From IMG/VR virus record IMGVR_UViG_3300022178_002326, positions 540-64,539 of that record: DNA of 64,000 bases. One strand, 5' to 3'. This DNA is from a virus (Duplodnaviria; Caudoviricetes). Shown here piece after piece: positions 48,473 through 57,770 of the stretch. The position numbers were made by a program, and so were the translations under genes. Below the pieces are notes generated by a model that saw only the letters and a program-made list of their open reading frames with translations, ran no database searches and was not told the DNA's origin. Numbering within the stretch: position 1 is the stretch's first letter; every line of letters starts with the position of its first letter.

Positions 48473-48802
48473 ATGAAATATCTAACTGTAGACGACGATT
48501 ACGTCGCAAATATTCTTTCGGCCAACAAGTTAGCCGAGTCAACGACTCTTGAGGAGTCTTCGGAAGTTGTGGAAATTGAAGAAACGATTTCCGAGCATGT
48601 ATGCCCTTTATGTGAATCTTCACTTGATGAGGCTATTTCTGACGAGTCTTGGTCCGCTTGTGTTGACAAGATCCTAGAAGCTATTAACGAGTCTAGTGCT
48701 GAAGTCGGAGAAGACCTTAGCGAAAAGAGTAGCTGTGATGACGAGGACTATGATGAAGAATTAGACGATGACGAAGAAGAGGAAAAAAAGCCTAAGAAGT
48801 AA
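48473..48802 (+). CDS. small acidic head-region protein with CxxC
   Basis: HVCPLCES plus acidic tail; GGAG Shine-Dalgarno. Confidence 0.65.
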   Translation: MKYLTVDDDYVANILSANKLAESTTLEESSEVVEIEETISEHVCPLCESSLDEAISDESWSACVDKILEAINESSAEVGEDLSEKSSCDDEDYDEELDDDEEEEKKPKK

Positions 48803-48814
48803 TCGTAATTTATT

Positions 48815-49246
48815 ATGGATACCAAAAGCCTATTAGCTATTTCAGAAAATATCATGTCGCAACCTCCGGTTACGGAAGTTGCTTCTCCTAAGTCGGAACT
48901 TGTAGATGATGGTCTAAAAGCTGTTGTTGTTCCCGACTCATATATTGATACTATTCTTGGGTTTGCAGGAAAGATGAATGAATCTTCTGCCCCTAAAACT
49001 TTAGAAACTCCGAAAGCTGAATCTATTGATGAAGCTAAAGTTTTAAAAGAGAAGCTGGGTTCACTTGTGGGTAGGCTTAAGAGCTTGCTAGGAGAAGCTA
49101 GAGAAGTTATGCAAGAATTAACTTCCGCTGGTTGCCTTGGTGCCGCTCAGGAAACTAGTATGGGAATGAAGAGAAGAGACGATTCTTATCCTCCTAGTCT
49201 AACTTCTCCTAAAAAGAAAAAGAAGAAAAAGTATGGATCTCGTTAA
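48815..49246 (+). CDS. head-region hypothetical protein
   Basis: 143-aa ORF with coiled-coil-like segment and Lys-rich end. Confidence 0.6.
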   Translation: MDTKSLLAISENIMSQPPVTEVASPKSELVDDGLKAVVVPDSYIDTILGFAGKMNESSAPKTLETPKAESIDEAKVLKEKLGSLVGRLKSLLGEAREVMQELTSAGCLGAAQETSMGMKRRDDSYPPSLTSPKKKKKKKYGSR

Positions 49247-49637
49247 CTTAATTAAAGAGGCTAAAGCCGAGAGTGGCGAAGGTTCTGCCGAAGGAAGGGC
49301 TAAAGGATTGGGGTCTGGTAAGAAATCACACTCTAAATCCTCTAAGTCTCGTGTGAAAGTATACGACTCAATTACTGATGCTTTACGCAACGGTTATGTT
49401 GGTCAAATGTTTTCCACTAAAAACTCAGATAGACTTTACGTAATTACTAAAAGAAAATGGGGAAGCGATGATGAGCAGGAGGTTGGAGGCAGAGTCGCAA
49501 AGGGATTCTCTTCTGGAACAATACCATCTAAGTTTTCTGATGTCAAGAAGTATGCTGTGAGAACTTTATTGCGTCACGGCAAACAAAATACTGATAAATT
49601 CAAAAGCAATAAGTATTGGTCTCGGGACCAGAAATAG
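49233..49637 (+). CDS. basic head-region hypothetical protein
   Basis: 134-aa K/S/G-rich ORF overlapping both neighbours. Confidence 0.6.
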   Translation: MDLVNLIKEAKAESGEGSAEGRAKGLGSGKKSHSKSSKSRVKVYDSITDALRNGYVGQMFSTKNSDRLYVITKRKWGSDDEQEVGGRVAKGFSSGTIPSKFSDVKKYAVRTLLRHGKQNTDKFKSNKYWSRDQK

Positions 49638-49645
49638 GAATCATA

Positions 49646-50887
49646 ATGTTATTAGTAGAGTACAGCGTCTTAGATAAGGTCAAAGTTATTAATGAAAGTA
49701 AGAATGGAATTACCAAGCTTAAGTTGCTTGGCAAGTTCCAAAAGTGCGATGAACAAAATAACAACGGCAGAGTATACCCTAGAAAGGTTCTTGAAAACCA
49801 AGTAAAGACTATTCAAGAAAAGATCGGAGATCGCTCTCTCGTAGGTGCTCTTGACCACCCTGCTAATGATGCTATTCACTTGTCTCAAGCTTCTCACTTA
49901 ATCACCAAGTTATGGGTAGAGAAGAATGGGGATGTTATGGGTGAGTGTGAAATCCTATCCACTCCTAACGGTAAGATTGTCGAAGCTCTTATTAATGACG
50001 GTGTTAAGATCGGTATCTCAAGCAGAGGTTTAGGCAGTGTATCGGAAGGCTCTGAAGGTAAGATTGTTAACGAAGACTTTAAGCTTGTGACGTTTGACCT
50101 TGTATCTGATCCTTCGACTAAAGGAGCTTTTCCTGGGCTATGTGAATCCATGAGAGAGAACAGTGAGCGTGCTCAAAGGATTGTTTCAAAGCATAAGAAG
50201 GATAGAGTTCTTCTCACGATGCTTGAAAGCAAGATTAACGAAGCCCTTAAGGGCAACCAGAAGGAGCTTGACAAGGATGGAAATAAAAAGATCAATAAGA
50301 AGGATTTTAAAATGATGAGAGGCGATTCAGATACAGATGAAGGTTCGGAAGGTGAAGGTTCGGTGGGTGAGAAGAGTGAGTTCCCTGATCTGAACCGCGA
50401 TGATAAGACTACATTTGCTGACATTCTCGTGGGTAAGCTGAAAGGTAAGAAAGGTAAGAAGAAGACCAGAGAGGGGTATGATTTAACCGGAGAGGCAAGA
50501 CAGGACAGAGAAAACGCTAGACTTGTGGCTGCTAAGAAGAAGAGGGAAGAAAAAGCTAGACTTAATGCTGCTAATGCCAAACCCAAACCCTTACCTAATG
50601 CCAAACCCTTACCAAGAGAGGATTCTTCTATGTCATTCAATGAGAGAGTTATCAGCAAGATTAAACATAAGTTTGAAGAGGCAAGAACAAACTATGACGG
50701 CATGTCAGGAGAGGACATAATTAATACACCTTTATATCCTAAAAAGAAACAAACACCGGACAAGACTACGGCGGAAACGGAGTTAGCTAAGGCGCGAATA
50801 GATAAGAAAACAGGACAGATTCGAGGTCCCAAGAATGGTCCCGTTACTATGCAACCTAAAAGACCTAATTCAAATGTTACAAGATAG
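49646..50887 (+). CDS. gp21: prohead protease (T4 gp21-like) with long C-terminal extension
   Basis: NNNGRVYP, GALDHP, STPNGK, GISSRGLGS, DLVSDPST; start MLLVE with AGGA upstream. Confidence 0.93.
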   Translation: MLLVEYSVLDKVKVINESKNGITKLKLLGKFQKCDEQNNNGRVYPRKVLENQVKTIQEKIGDRSLVGALDHPANDAIHLSQASHLITKLWVEKNGDVMGECEILSTPNGKIVEALINDGVKIGISSRGLGSVSEGSEGKIVNEDFKLVTFDLVSDPSTKGAFPGLCESMRENSERAQRIVSKHKKDRVLLTMLESKINEALKGNQKELDKDGNKKINKKDFKMMRGDSDTDEGSEGEGSVGEKSEFPDLNRDDKTTFADILVGKLKGKKGKKKTREGYDLTGEARQDRENARLVAAKKKREEKARLNAANAKPKPLPNAKPLPREDSSMSFNERVISKIKHKFEEARTNYDGMSGEDIINTPLYPKKKQTPDKTTAETELAKARIDKKTGQIRGPKNGPVTMQPKRPNSNVTR

Positions 50888-50900
50888 AGGAAAATAACTT

Positions 50901-51329
50901 ATGGCAGTAAAAAAGTCTAACGAATCTGAAGGTTCTCCTACGGTTATCATTCGTGATACAAAGTCAGAAATAGATATGAAACGAGAAGAAGCTAAAAATG
51001 AGCGTGCTAAATATAACGCAACCGTAGAGCATCAAAAACAGATTGCAAAGTTAGAGATTTCTAAGTTAAAGCTACAACAATCGGCTAGGAGCAAGGCCCA
51101 ATCCCACATTGCAGTGGTGGGGCCACTCTACCTCTGTATCCTGGTGGGTGGTTTTGTTACCGCCTTGGCCTGCGGTGCTATTCCTGAATCACAAATTTCA
51201 GTGGCTTCCGCCTTACTGACTTTATTGGTAACTTCCTTCATGGCGAACTTAAGGACTATAATCTCTGAGTCTCCCGAAACTGATGAGTTAGGTAAAAAGA
51301 AAGGAAAGCCACCGTCTGAAAATAATTAG
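50901..51329 (+). CDS. two-TM membrane protein within the head gene cluster
   Basis: Hydrophobic IAVVGPLYLCILVGGFVTALA and VASALLTLLVTSFMA segments after a coiled coil. Confidence 0.65.
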   Translation: MAVKKSNESEGSPTVIIRDTKSEIDMKREEAKNERAKYNATVEHQKQIAKLEISKLKLQQSARSKAQSHIAVVGPLYLCILVGGFVTALACGAIPESQISVASALLTLLVTSFMANLRTIISESPETDELGKKKGKPPSENN

Positions 51330-51350
51330 CAGTAAATTAGTTACAAACAA

Positions 51351-51357
51351 CTAAATA
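51351..51357 (+). promoter_or_regulatory. late-promoter-like CTAAATA (T4 TATAAATA-like) upstream of scaffold/capsid
   Basis: The (C/G)TAAATA motif also occurs at 8481, 31922, 53796, 56952 and 57488, and TATAAATA at 17327, each shortly upstream of a virion gene or operon. Confidence 0.65.
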
Positions 51358-51375
51358 GCTATATAGAGGTTAAAC

Positions 51376-52023
51376 ATGTCACAGAGTAAAGAAGTTTTAG
51401 ATTCCGTTGCCGAGTATCTTCCCGAAGATCTCGATGAAGCTACCCTTGAGAAGATAGCTACATTAGTTGCTGTAACTATTAATGAGAAAGTTCAAGAAAG
51501 AACTGAGGATCTAACCACGAAAGTACAATCATTCATTCGTGGTAACATTGATAAGTTAAAGGAGCAAGCACTTAAGGAGCTTGAATTACAGAACGAGACG
51601 TTCCGTAATGCTCAAATGTTTGAAACCGTTCGATCCATGTTTGCATTAGAGAATACCACGAATGATGAAATGAATGGTATGCAAGCCCTTGCAACTCTAG
51701 GTGAGCAACAGGAAGAGAAGAACGAGGCCCTCCTACGTCAAGTCAACAAGCTCCTAAAGGAGAACGTCAGCTTGAAGCGTAGTAGCAAGGTTGCCCAAGA
51801 TAAGAATCAAAAGCTAGAAGAAACTTTACAAGAGGTTAAGACTCAGGTCGAAAGCCTTAAGGAATCTGATAGCGCAGAGAGAAACCTCTCTGGTAAGGCA
51901 CTCGTCATTAGTGAAGATAACTTCAAAGTGAAGGAAGCTAGTGAAAAGTTAAATGAAAACCACGCTGTCCCCGGTAACGAATGGATAAATCAAGGCGTGT
52001 TAGACAAGCTCAATAATAAGTAA
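51376..52023 (+). CDS. prohead scaffolding protein (gp22-like)
   Basis: Coiled-coil protein directly upstream of the major capsid gene. Confidence 0.75.
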   Translation: MSQSKEVLDSVAEYLPEDLDEATLEKIATLVAVTINEKVQERTEDLTTKVQSFIRGNIDKLKEQALKELELQNETFRNAQMFETVRSMFALENTTNDEMNGMQALATLGEQQEEKNEALLRQVNKLLKENVSLKRSSKVAQDKNQKLEETLQEVKTQVESLKESDSAERNLSGKALVISEDNFKVKEASEKLNENHAVPGNEWINQGVLDKLNNK

Positions 52024-52043
52024 TAATTGAGGAAACAAGTATT

Positions 52044-53729
52044 ATGACTGCAATAGACAGAGATCAATTACTGAAGCGTTGGGAACCACTCCTTGAAGGG
52101 ATCGGAGATGATCACATCGCATATCAAACCGCTAGATTGATGGAAAACCAAGCTAAGGCTTTCCAAACTAACAACCTTAATGAGGAAGTTATCGGCGTTG
52201 GTGGCACGACTACGGGTAAGATTGGAACTTTCCAAAAGTTCGCATTCCCGATGATTCGTCGTATGTACCCTGAGTTGGTTTTCAATAAGATTGGTGCCAC
52301 CCAGACCATGGACGGCCCGGTTTCGCAAATCTTCTACATGGGTAACTCGCGTGCTCACGCGAATGTGGGTCAAACAATGTACTCCAAGTTCCGAATCACT
52401 CCTCGCAACCTAGTTGCAGAGAAGATTGGATCCCAGAGTGGCGTTGCTGGTTACCCTCCGGTTGCTTTCGACCCTATTGACGGAACGAGTGCGTTAACTT
52501 ACGCTGGTGCAAAAGACGGGTTTGATACCTCCAATGTTCTTGGTTTATTTGATGGTCCGACTGCTGGTGCAGGGCATCCTTCGGGCACCATGGGTGGCAA
52601 GCTTGCTTCTTATCCTAACGAGAAGTCGATCCTTGGTTACTCTGTTTCCGCAGGCGAGCGATTAGCTACTACTGGCATTCCTGAAGTTAACCTTCACATC
52701 CAGAAGCAAACCGTTCAAGCTCGTGAGCGTAAGATGAGAGCACTTTGGACTCTTGAGGCTGCTCAAGACCTTAAGGCATATCACAACCTTGACATGGAAT
52801 CAGAATTAACTGACCTCTTGTCAAAGGAAATGAACCTTGAAATCGACCGTGAACTCATTGAAGACATTCGAATGATCGCTTACGGCCCTGGTGCTATTGG
52901 ATCTGGTGAGGGTTGGAGAATCGAAAGTCTTTACCAAGGTGGAGCAGATTCATTCACTGGCTTAGGCGGCGATGTAACGGCTACTAATCCTGACGAAGCT
53001 TTAAACGGTGGAACTTTTGTGGCTGGTTCTTACGAGTATGACTTTAGTGCCGATATGAAGCTTGAAGAGTCCTTGACAGGTGCTGATGCGGTTAACGGTA
53101 TTCATAACCGTTACTCGAACATCTACGTGATGGATCTTAAGAGATTCACGGGTGAGCAAGGTACCTCGAATTTTGCTCCGCAAACTCTGGGTCACATTTA
53201 CTCGAATGTCCTGGCACTGATTAACTTTGCTAGCACGGATATCTACCGTACGACCCTGCGTGGTCCGGGTAATGTCCTTATCACGTCTCCTGTCATCGCA
53301 TCGATGCTTGAGTCAGCTGCGAAGCTTGAAGGTGGTCTTCCTGAGAAGGATGGTCCTACTAACATGACTGGCAACCAAATCCAATACGTTGGTAAGTTTG
53401 CTGGTAAGTACGATCTGGTTGTCGATCCTATGTTCCCTGAAGATGAGATCATCGTCGGTTACAAGGGTTCGAACGCAATGGATGCAGGCTTCTTCTACTG
53501 CCCTTACGTTCCTATGATGCCATTGGATACGGTTACGGATCCTGAGACCTTCCAACCGAGAAAGGGTATCCTGACTCGTTACGGTAAGGCAGCAGTTATG
53601 CCTGCTTCAAGATTCTACCGTGTGATTCGATTGATTGGTACGGGTGTTGATTACCTCACGCCGGAGATCATGAGAAACACCGCGTTCCATGGTAATTCGT
53701 TTGATAACGGTCAGTACTCTAGAAAGTAA
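52044..53729 (+). CDS. gp23: major capsid protein (T4 gp23 family)
   Basis: RKMRALWTLEAAQDLKAYH, EIDRELI, GFFYCPYVP, TFQPRKGILTRYG. Confidence 0.98.
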   Translation: MTAIDRDQLLKRWEPLLEGIGDDHIAYQTARLMENQAKAFQTNNLNEEVIGVGGTTTGKIGTFQKFAFPMIRRMYPELVFNKIGATQTMDGPVSQIFYMGNSRAHANVGQTMYSKFRITPRNLVAEKIGSQSGVAGYPPVAFDPIDGTSALTYAGAKDGFDTSNVLGLFDGPTAGAGHPSGTMGGKLASYPNEKSILGYSVSAGERLATTGIPEVNLHIQKQTVQARERKMRALWTLEAAQDLKAYHNLDMESELTDLLSKEMNLEIDRELIEDIRMIAYGPGAIGSGEGWRIESLYQGGADSFTGLGGDVTATNPDEALNGGTFVAGSYEYDFSADMKLEESLTGADAVNGIHNRYSNIYVMDLKRFTGEQGTSNFAPQTLGHIYSNVLALINFASTDIYRTTLRGPGNVLITSPVIASMLESAAKLEGGLPEKDGPTNMTGNQIQYVGKFAGKYDLVVDPMFPEDEIIVGYKGSNAMDAGFFYCPYVPMMPLDTVTDPETFQPRKGILTRYGKAAVMPASRFYRVIRLIGTGVDYLTPEIMRNTAFHGNSFDNGQYSRK

Positions 53730-53752
53730 TTAAACTTTAGAGGTTAAAATTG

Positions 53753-53783
53753 AAAAGGGTTCAGATTATATCTGAACCCTTTT
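53753..53783. terminator. intrinsic (probably bidirectional) terminator after the major capsid gene
   Basis: aaaagggttcagat-tat-atctgaaccctttt perfect inverted repeat. Confidence 0.9.
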
Positions 53784-53810
53784 TCTATTCCATGGGTAAA
53801 TATATTTGAT

Positions 53811-54674
53811 ATGGGTGATAAAATAGGAATACCGATTGTTACATCTTACGGATCATCTTACGGAACTTACGGTGGAAGTAGATTAAAAGATTATAAAAGC
53901 CCTAAGGACACTAGTCTTAACAATAAAGATGCTAAGGGTGTAAATGAGTTTAACGACTTCAACAGCACTATTAGAGATTACGTATTGGCTAAGTTAGGTC
54001 ATCCCGTAATTGACGTTGAACTAGATGACTTTCAAATACAAATTTGTTTAGACGAAGCTAAGTCTAAATTAGAGTATCATGCCCCTGATTGGATGACTCA
54101 ATATGCAACTTTCTCTGCATCTGCTGGTGTAAACGTATACGAGCTTCCTCAAGAAGTAGCGGACAATTTAAATGATGTTTGGTATAAGAGAGACTTTTTT
54201 AAATTCGGAGCTTCACCAGGATCATTGGAATATGATTTTTCTATCATGTTCTTTACGAATACTGGTTTATTTAATAACTATAATGTTAGTCAGTATCTTC
54301 TAATGCAACAATACCTTAAGCAGGTAAAAAATGTATTAGGTCAGATGGCTACGTGGCAGTTGGTTAACAATAAATATCTGCACCTTTGGCCTAAGCCAGA
54401 ATCAAACGGAGAGGAGGTTCTGTTAGAGTTTAGAGCTTTTGATCCGACCACTCTACATCACGCTTATAAAAGTTGGTTGCAGAGATATACCCTAGCATTG
54501 TCCAAAGAGATATTAGCAGGGATCAGAGGTAAGTATCAGACTCTACCTGGGCCAGGAGGAGGTACGAGATTAAATGGAAATGAATTAGCCTACCAAGCTA
54601 AAGATGAGAAAGAGATGTTAATAGAAGAGTTATTATCTTCCATTGAAGCTCCTCCTTTGTTTGATATATTCTAA
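53811..54674 (+). CDS. gp13: neck / head-tail adaptor (gp13-like)
   Basis: DYVLAKLGHPVIDVELDDFQIQICLDEA, WLQRYTLALSKEIL, RGKY..LPGPGG...LNG. Confidence 0.9.
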   Translation: MGDKIGIPIVTSYGSSYGTYGGSRLKDYKSPKDTSLNNKDAKGVNEFNDFNSTIRDYVLAKLGHPVIDVELDDFQIQICLDEAKSKLEYHAPDWMTQYATFSASAGVNVYELPQEVADNLNDVWYKRDFFKFGASPGSLEYDFSIMFFTNTGLFNNYNVSQYLLMQQYLKQVKNVLGQMATWQLVNNKYLHLWPKPESNGEEVLLEFRAFDPTTLHHAYKSWLQRYTLALSKEILAGIRGKYQTLPGPGGGTRLNGNELAYQAKDEKEMLIEELLSSIEAPPLFDIF

Positions 54675-55219
54675 TGACTAGATTCAAGGTTAACACTCCT
54701 CCTACCAACTTCCCTAAAGACAGGGATACTCGTTTATCTTTATTCAATAAGAAGAACGATAAGAATCTATTTAATTTAATAGATTCTGAAAATATAAAAT
54801 TATCAGGATCTAGAGTTCAGGTGTTTGAGTATATTCCTTCTAACGATATTGATGATGTCTATCAAGAGTCTCGTCAAAAGACAATAGCTTCGGAGCCTGT
54901 CACTTTGTGGGCACACTATGACCCTCGACCTGTGGAAGAGAACCTATCTCAGTTTGGCGTAGAGATGCAGATAGATCAAGTCTTTATATTTAACAAGTCA
55001 TACATTGAGAATACCTTGGGAAGGGCTATTTCCATTGGAGATATCATACGTCCTGATTTTCAAGAAATGAAATTTGAAGTATACGAAGTTCAAGAAGATA
55101 GTTTTGAAGCATATGGTGTTTACCATTTAATGGTTCATGCTAAACTTCTTAGAGATACTGAGGATATACATAATCAAGACTCCTTTGATCGTCCCGACCA
55201 GATTGGAGGGAGATACTAA
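54674..55219 (+). CDS. gp14: head closure / neck protein (gp14-like)
   Basis: LSQFGVE, GDII...FEVYEVQE pattern; synteny after gp13. Confidence 0.8.
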   Translation: MTRFKVNTPPTNFPKDRDTRLSLFNKKNDKNLFNLIDSENIKLSGSRVQVFEYIPSNDIDDVYQESRQKTIASEPVTLWAHYDPRPVEENLSQFGVEMQIDQVFIFNKSYIENTLGRAISIGDIIRPDFQEMKFEVYEVQEDSFEAYGVYHLMVHAKLLRDTEDIHNQDSFDRPDQIGGRY

Positions 55220-55872
55220 TGAGAGATAAAGACAGCTTATACATTAGGAATCAGATTGTCGATCTCACGACCACTAAGATTTTACCAGTAATTGATAACG
55301 TCTATAAAGAAAGCCTGAGGAGTATGTTACATACTTTCGGTAACATGTACTACCTTGATGGCAACAGTAATCGTATTAAGGTTAATTGTTCTCATGGAAA
55401 TCCAGAAAGAATAGCAGGCCGTATCAAGTCAGACAATACTCTAGTTCTTCCTATGCTTACTATTGTTGAAACACAGACAGTAAGCGATCCTGAGAGAATG
55501 CGGTATCAAAGTATTGTCAGTGAAACTGAATGGGACGCTGATAAAAGGAGGGCTACCAGAGTCCTAAGCCTACCTCCTAGACCTATTAATATTACTTATG
55601 AGATCAACGTATGGGCCAAATACAAGGCTGATATGGACATGCTCAGATCCAGCATATTCTCTATGTTTAGTCCTGATCTAAATGTAGAAACTCAATTCTC
55701 AGTTCATAACAAAGCTTTCATCAATAGTGAGAGGGAAGTAGGAACAGTAACTGCCGCAGATACCAGTGATAGAGTACTTCAAAAAGCTATTAGTGTGACG
55801 CTAGAAACGTACATACCTAGTCCTAAATTCTTCTTTACCAATACTGGGGAGATTAAAGAGTTTGGTGTTTAA
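55219..55872 (+). CDS. tail terminator / sheath stabiliser (gp15-like)
   Basis: PRPINITYEINVWAKY..DMD...SIFSMFSP pattern; synteny. Confidence 0.75.
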   Translation: MRDKDSLYIRNQIVDLTTTKILPVIDNVYKESLRSMLHTFGNMYYLDGNSNRIKVNCSHGNPERIAGRIKSDNTLVLPMLTIVETQTVSDPERMRYQSIVSETEWDADKRRATRVLSLPPRPINITYEINVWAKYKADMDMLRSSIFSMFSPDLNVETQFSVHNKAFINSEREVGTVTAADTSDRVLQKAISVTLETYIPSPKFFFTNTGEIKEFGV

Positions 55873-55880
55873 TAAGATCG

Positions 55881-56915
55881 ATGTCGATTAATATTAACAT
55901 TGACGATCCTCGTGCTCGTCCCAATGCTAGACCAGCAAGGCCCACTTCCAATCGAGGGACTCTTACCTTCATAGCTGAAATAGAAGAGCGTGGGAGACCA
56001 GACGTATTTAGAAACCTTACCAGAGGTGTAGATGAAATTGTAGAACCATCGCCTTCTGATCCTGTACAAAAGCCTGTAACACTATCTCTTGATCCGGCGT
56101 TACTAACTCTTAGCATTTTAAACCTAGGCTTAAGAGGTTTAAACACTCCTCTGAATCTAGGTTCTGTATCGTCTACTTTGTCCGCTAGCGCAGAGTTTAC
56201 TACTAGCAATAATGCTGTTAGAAAAGATCTTGGGAATGTGTCTACTACCCTTACTGTTGATTCTAATTTCCTGTCTACAAGTAATCTACGAAAAGATCTT
56301 GGAAACCTATCCAGCACTCTAACGGTCGATGGTAGTTTCTTAGCTATAGCAAATGTTAGAAAGGATTTAGGTAGCGTAGATGTTTCTCTTGAAGCAAGCT
56401 CAATGTCTGTTGGAATCGATACTAACCTCGGAAATGTATTCACTACGTTGTCGGCAAGTAGTATCTCCTTGGCTGAACAGTTAAACCTTGGGACTGTTTC
56501 AAGTACTCTCACAGTTGATGCAGAGTTCGAGGGTGTGGAGAATCAAAGGAAGGATTTAGGTAGCGTAGATGTTTCTCTTGAAGCAAGCTCAATGTCTGTC
56601 AGGGCTGACGTTAACCTAGGAAATGTGTTCACCGTCTTAACAGCTAGCAGTATCTCCTTGGCCGACCGAATAGTTCTTGGAAATGTTTCAAGTACCCTCA
56701 CTGTTACCGCAGACTTCTTGGCAACAGATAATCAAAGGAAAGCTTTAGGTCTTGTTGAGACAAACCTTGAAGCTAGTGGTCTATCACTCGCCACTGATAT
56801 TGGAAATCTTGCAACGGTTGAAACTGATCTTGAGGCTAATGTCCTATCCTTGAACACCGACCTTATATTCTCGCTTCCTGATGACATGGTGACTCCTCCA
56901 GATATCGATCCTTAG
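55881..56915 (+). CDS. beta-strand repeat virion protein
   Basis: About 12 copies of (RKD)LG.V.(T/S).L.(V/A)... Confidence 0.65.
   Translation: MSININIDDPRARPNARPARPTSNRGTLTFIAEIEERGRPDVFRNLTRGVDEIVEPSPSDPVQKPVTLSLDPALLTLSILNLGLRGLNTPLNLGSVSSTLSASAEFTTSNNAVRKDLGNVSTTLTVDSNFLSTSNLRKDLGNLSSTLTVDGSFLAIANVRKDLGSVDVSLEASSMSVGIDTNLGNVFTTLSASSISLAEQLNLGTVSSTLTVDAEFEGVENQRKDLGSVDVSLEASSMSVRADVNLGNVFTVLTASSISLADRIVLGNVSSTLTVTADFLATDNQRKALGLVETNLEASGLSLATDIGNLATVETDLEANVLSLNTDLIFSLPDDMVTPPDIDP
56361..56599 (+). repeat. internal duplication with 189-bp period
   Basis: Identical 50-mer aaggatttaggtagc...caatgtctgt at 56361-56410 and 56550-56599. Confidence 0.9.
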
Positions 56916-56976
56916 GTAATAATTTAAGAGCGTTTTAATTAACCTTAATAGCTAAATAAAGTAGGAGTTATATATT

Positions 56977-57465
56977 ATGTGGACTAATAGAGGTAAGCAA
57001 AGAATGTTCGAAGAGTTTTTCGAAGCTAGTAGCGTGGCTACTGATTTTAGGCTGCAACTAGCCTCAGCCACTGTTCCAGATGGCAATTCTCAGTGGGGTG
57101 CAAACGTCAGTAGCACTTCTCAAGTAGTTTTAGTATCCGCATTGGAAGTTGGAACCTCAGGTTTACTTGTTCCTAGATCAACTAATGACTCTTCAGGATT
57201 TGATGTTTCTAGTTGGCTGCAAATAACGCCTGCTGCAAGTGCGGCTAGAGCAGTCCTACAAACTGCGGGGGATGTGTATCAATACTCGGGAACTATCACG
57301 GGTGCTAAATATGTTCTGTTGACAGAGTTTGCAAATACTCCTGCTGGAACATTCGACGCATCTGGAGCAGAGATATATGCTTGGTGGGATATTGGACCTG
57401 AGGAAACAAATATAACCGCAGGTAACACATTAACAATTACTAATTTATCTTTGCAAGCAAATTAA
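56977..57465 (+). CDS. small beta-sandwich virion protein
   Basis: MWTNRGK...ITAGNTLTI pattern seen in phage fibre-associated proteins; late promoter and AGGAG upstream. Confidence 0.55.
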   Translation: MWTNRGKQRMFEEFFEASSVATDFRLQLASATVPDGNSQWGANVSSTSQVVLVSALEVGTSGLLVPRSTNDSSGFDVSSWLQITPAASAARAVLQTAGDVYQYSGTITGAKYVLLTEFANTPAGTFDASGAEIYAWWDIGPEETNITAGNTLTITNLSLQAN

Positions 57466-57510
57466 CCATTTTTATAAATATCTATTAGTAAATACAGTAG
57501 GAGAAACAAT

Positions 57511-57768
57511 ATGAACACCATAACCAACACAAGTATGCAAGGTATTAGTATACCTTTTAAAACTCCTCAAGGAGTTAAATACTTGTTTCTAGCCCCTAAT
57601 CAGAACGTCCAAGTTCCTGATAATTGGGATAGTAAAATTGTTAAAAATTTAGTACGTAGAAGGATGGTAAGAATGGTTTATTCTCCTGACGTGACTCCTG
57701 TTCCTACTGTTGTTCCTGCTCTTCCATTACCGAGCAAGAAACCTCTCACAAAATTTAAGAGTAATTAA
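57511..57768 (+). CDS. hypothetical protein preceding tail sheath
   Basis: 85-aa ORF with AGGAG Shine-Dalgarno and GTAAATA promoter. Confidence 0.7.
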   Translation: MNTITNTSMQGISIPFKTPQGVKYLFLAPNQNVQVPDNWDSKIVKNLVRRRMVRMVYSPDVTPVPTVVPALPLPSKKPLTKFKSN

Positions 57769-57770
57769 TC

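Noticed and set aside
55853-56512. 219-aa minus-strand ORF
   Set aside because: Shadow of the repeat gene; it mirrors the repeats and lacks independent signals.
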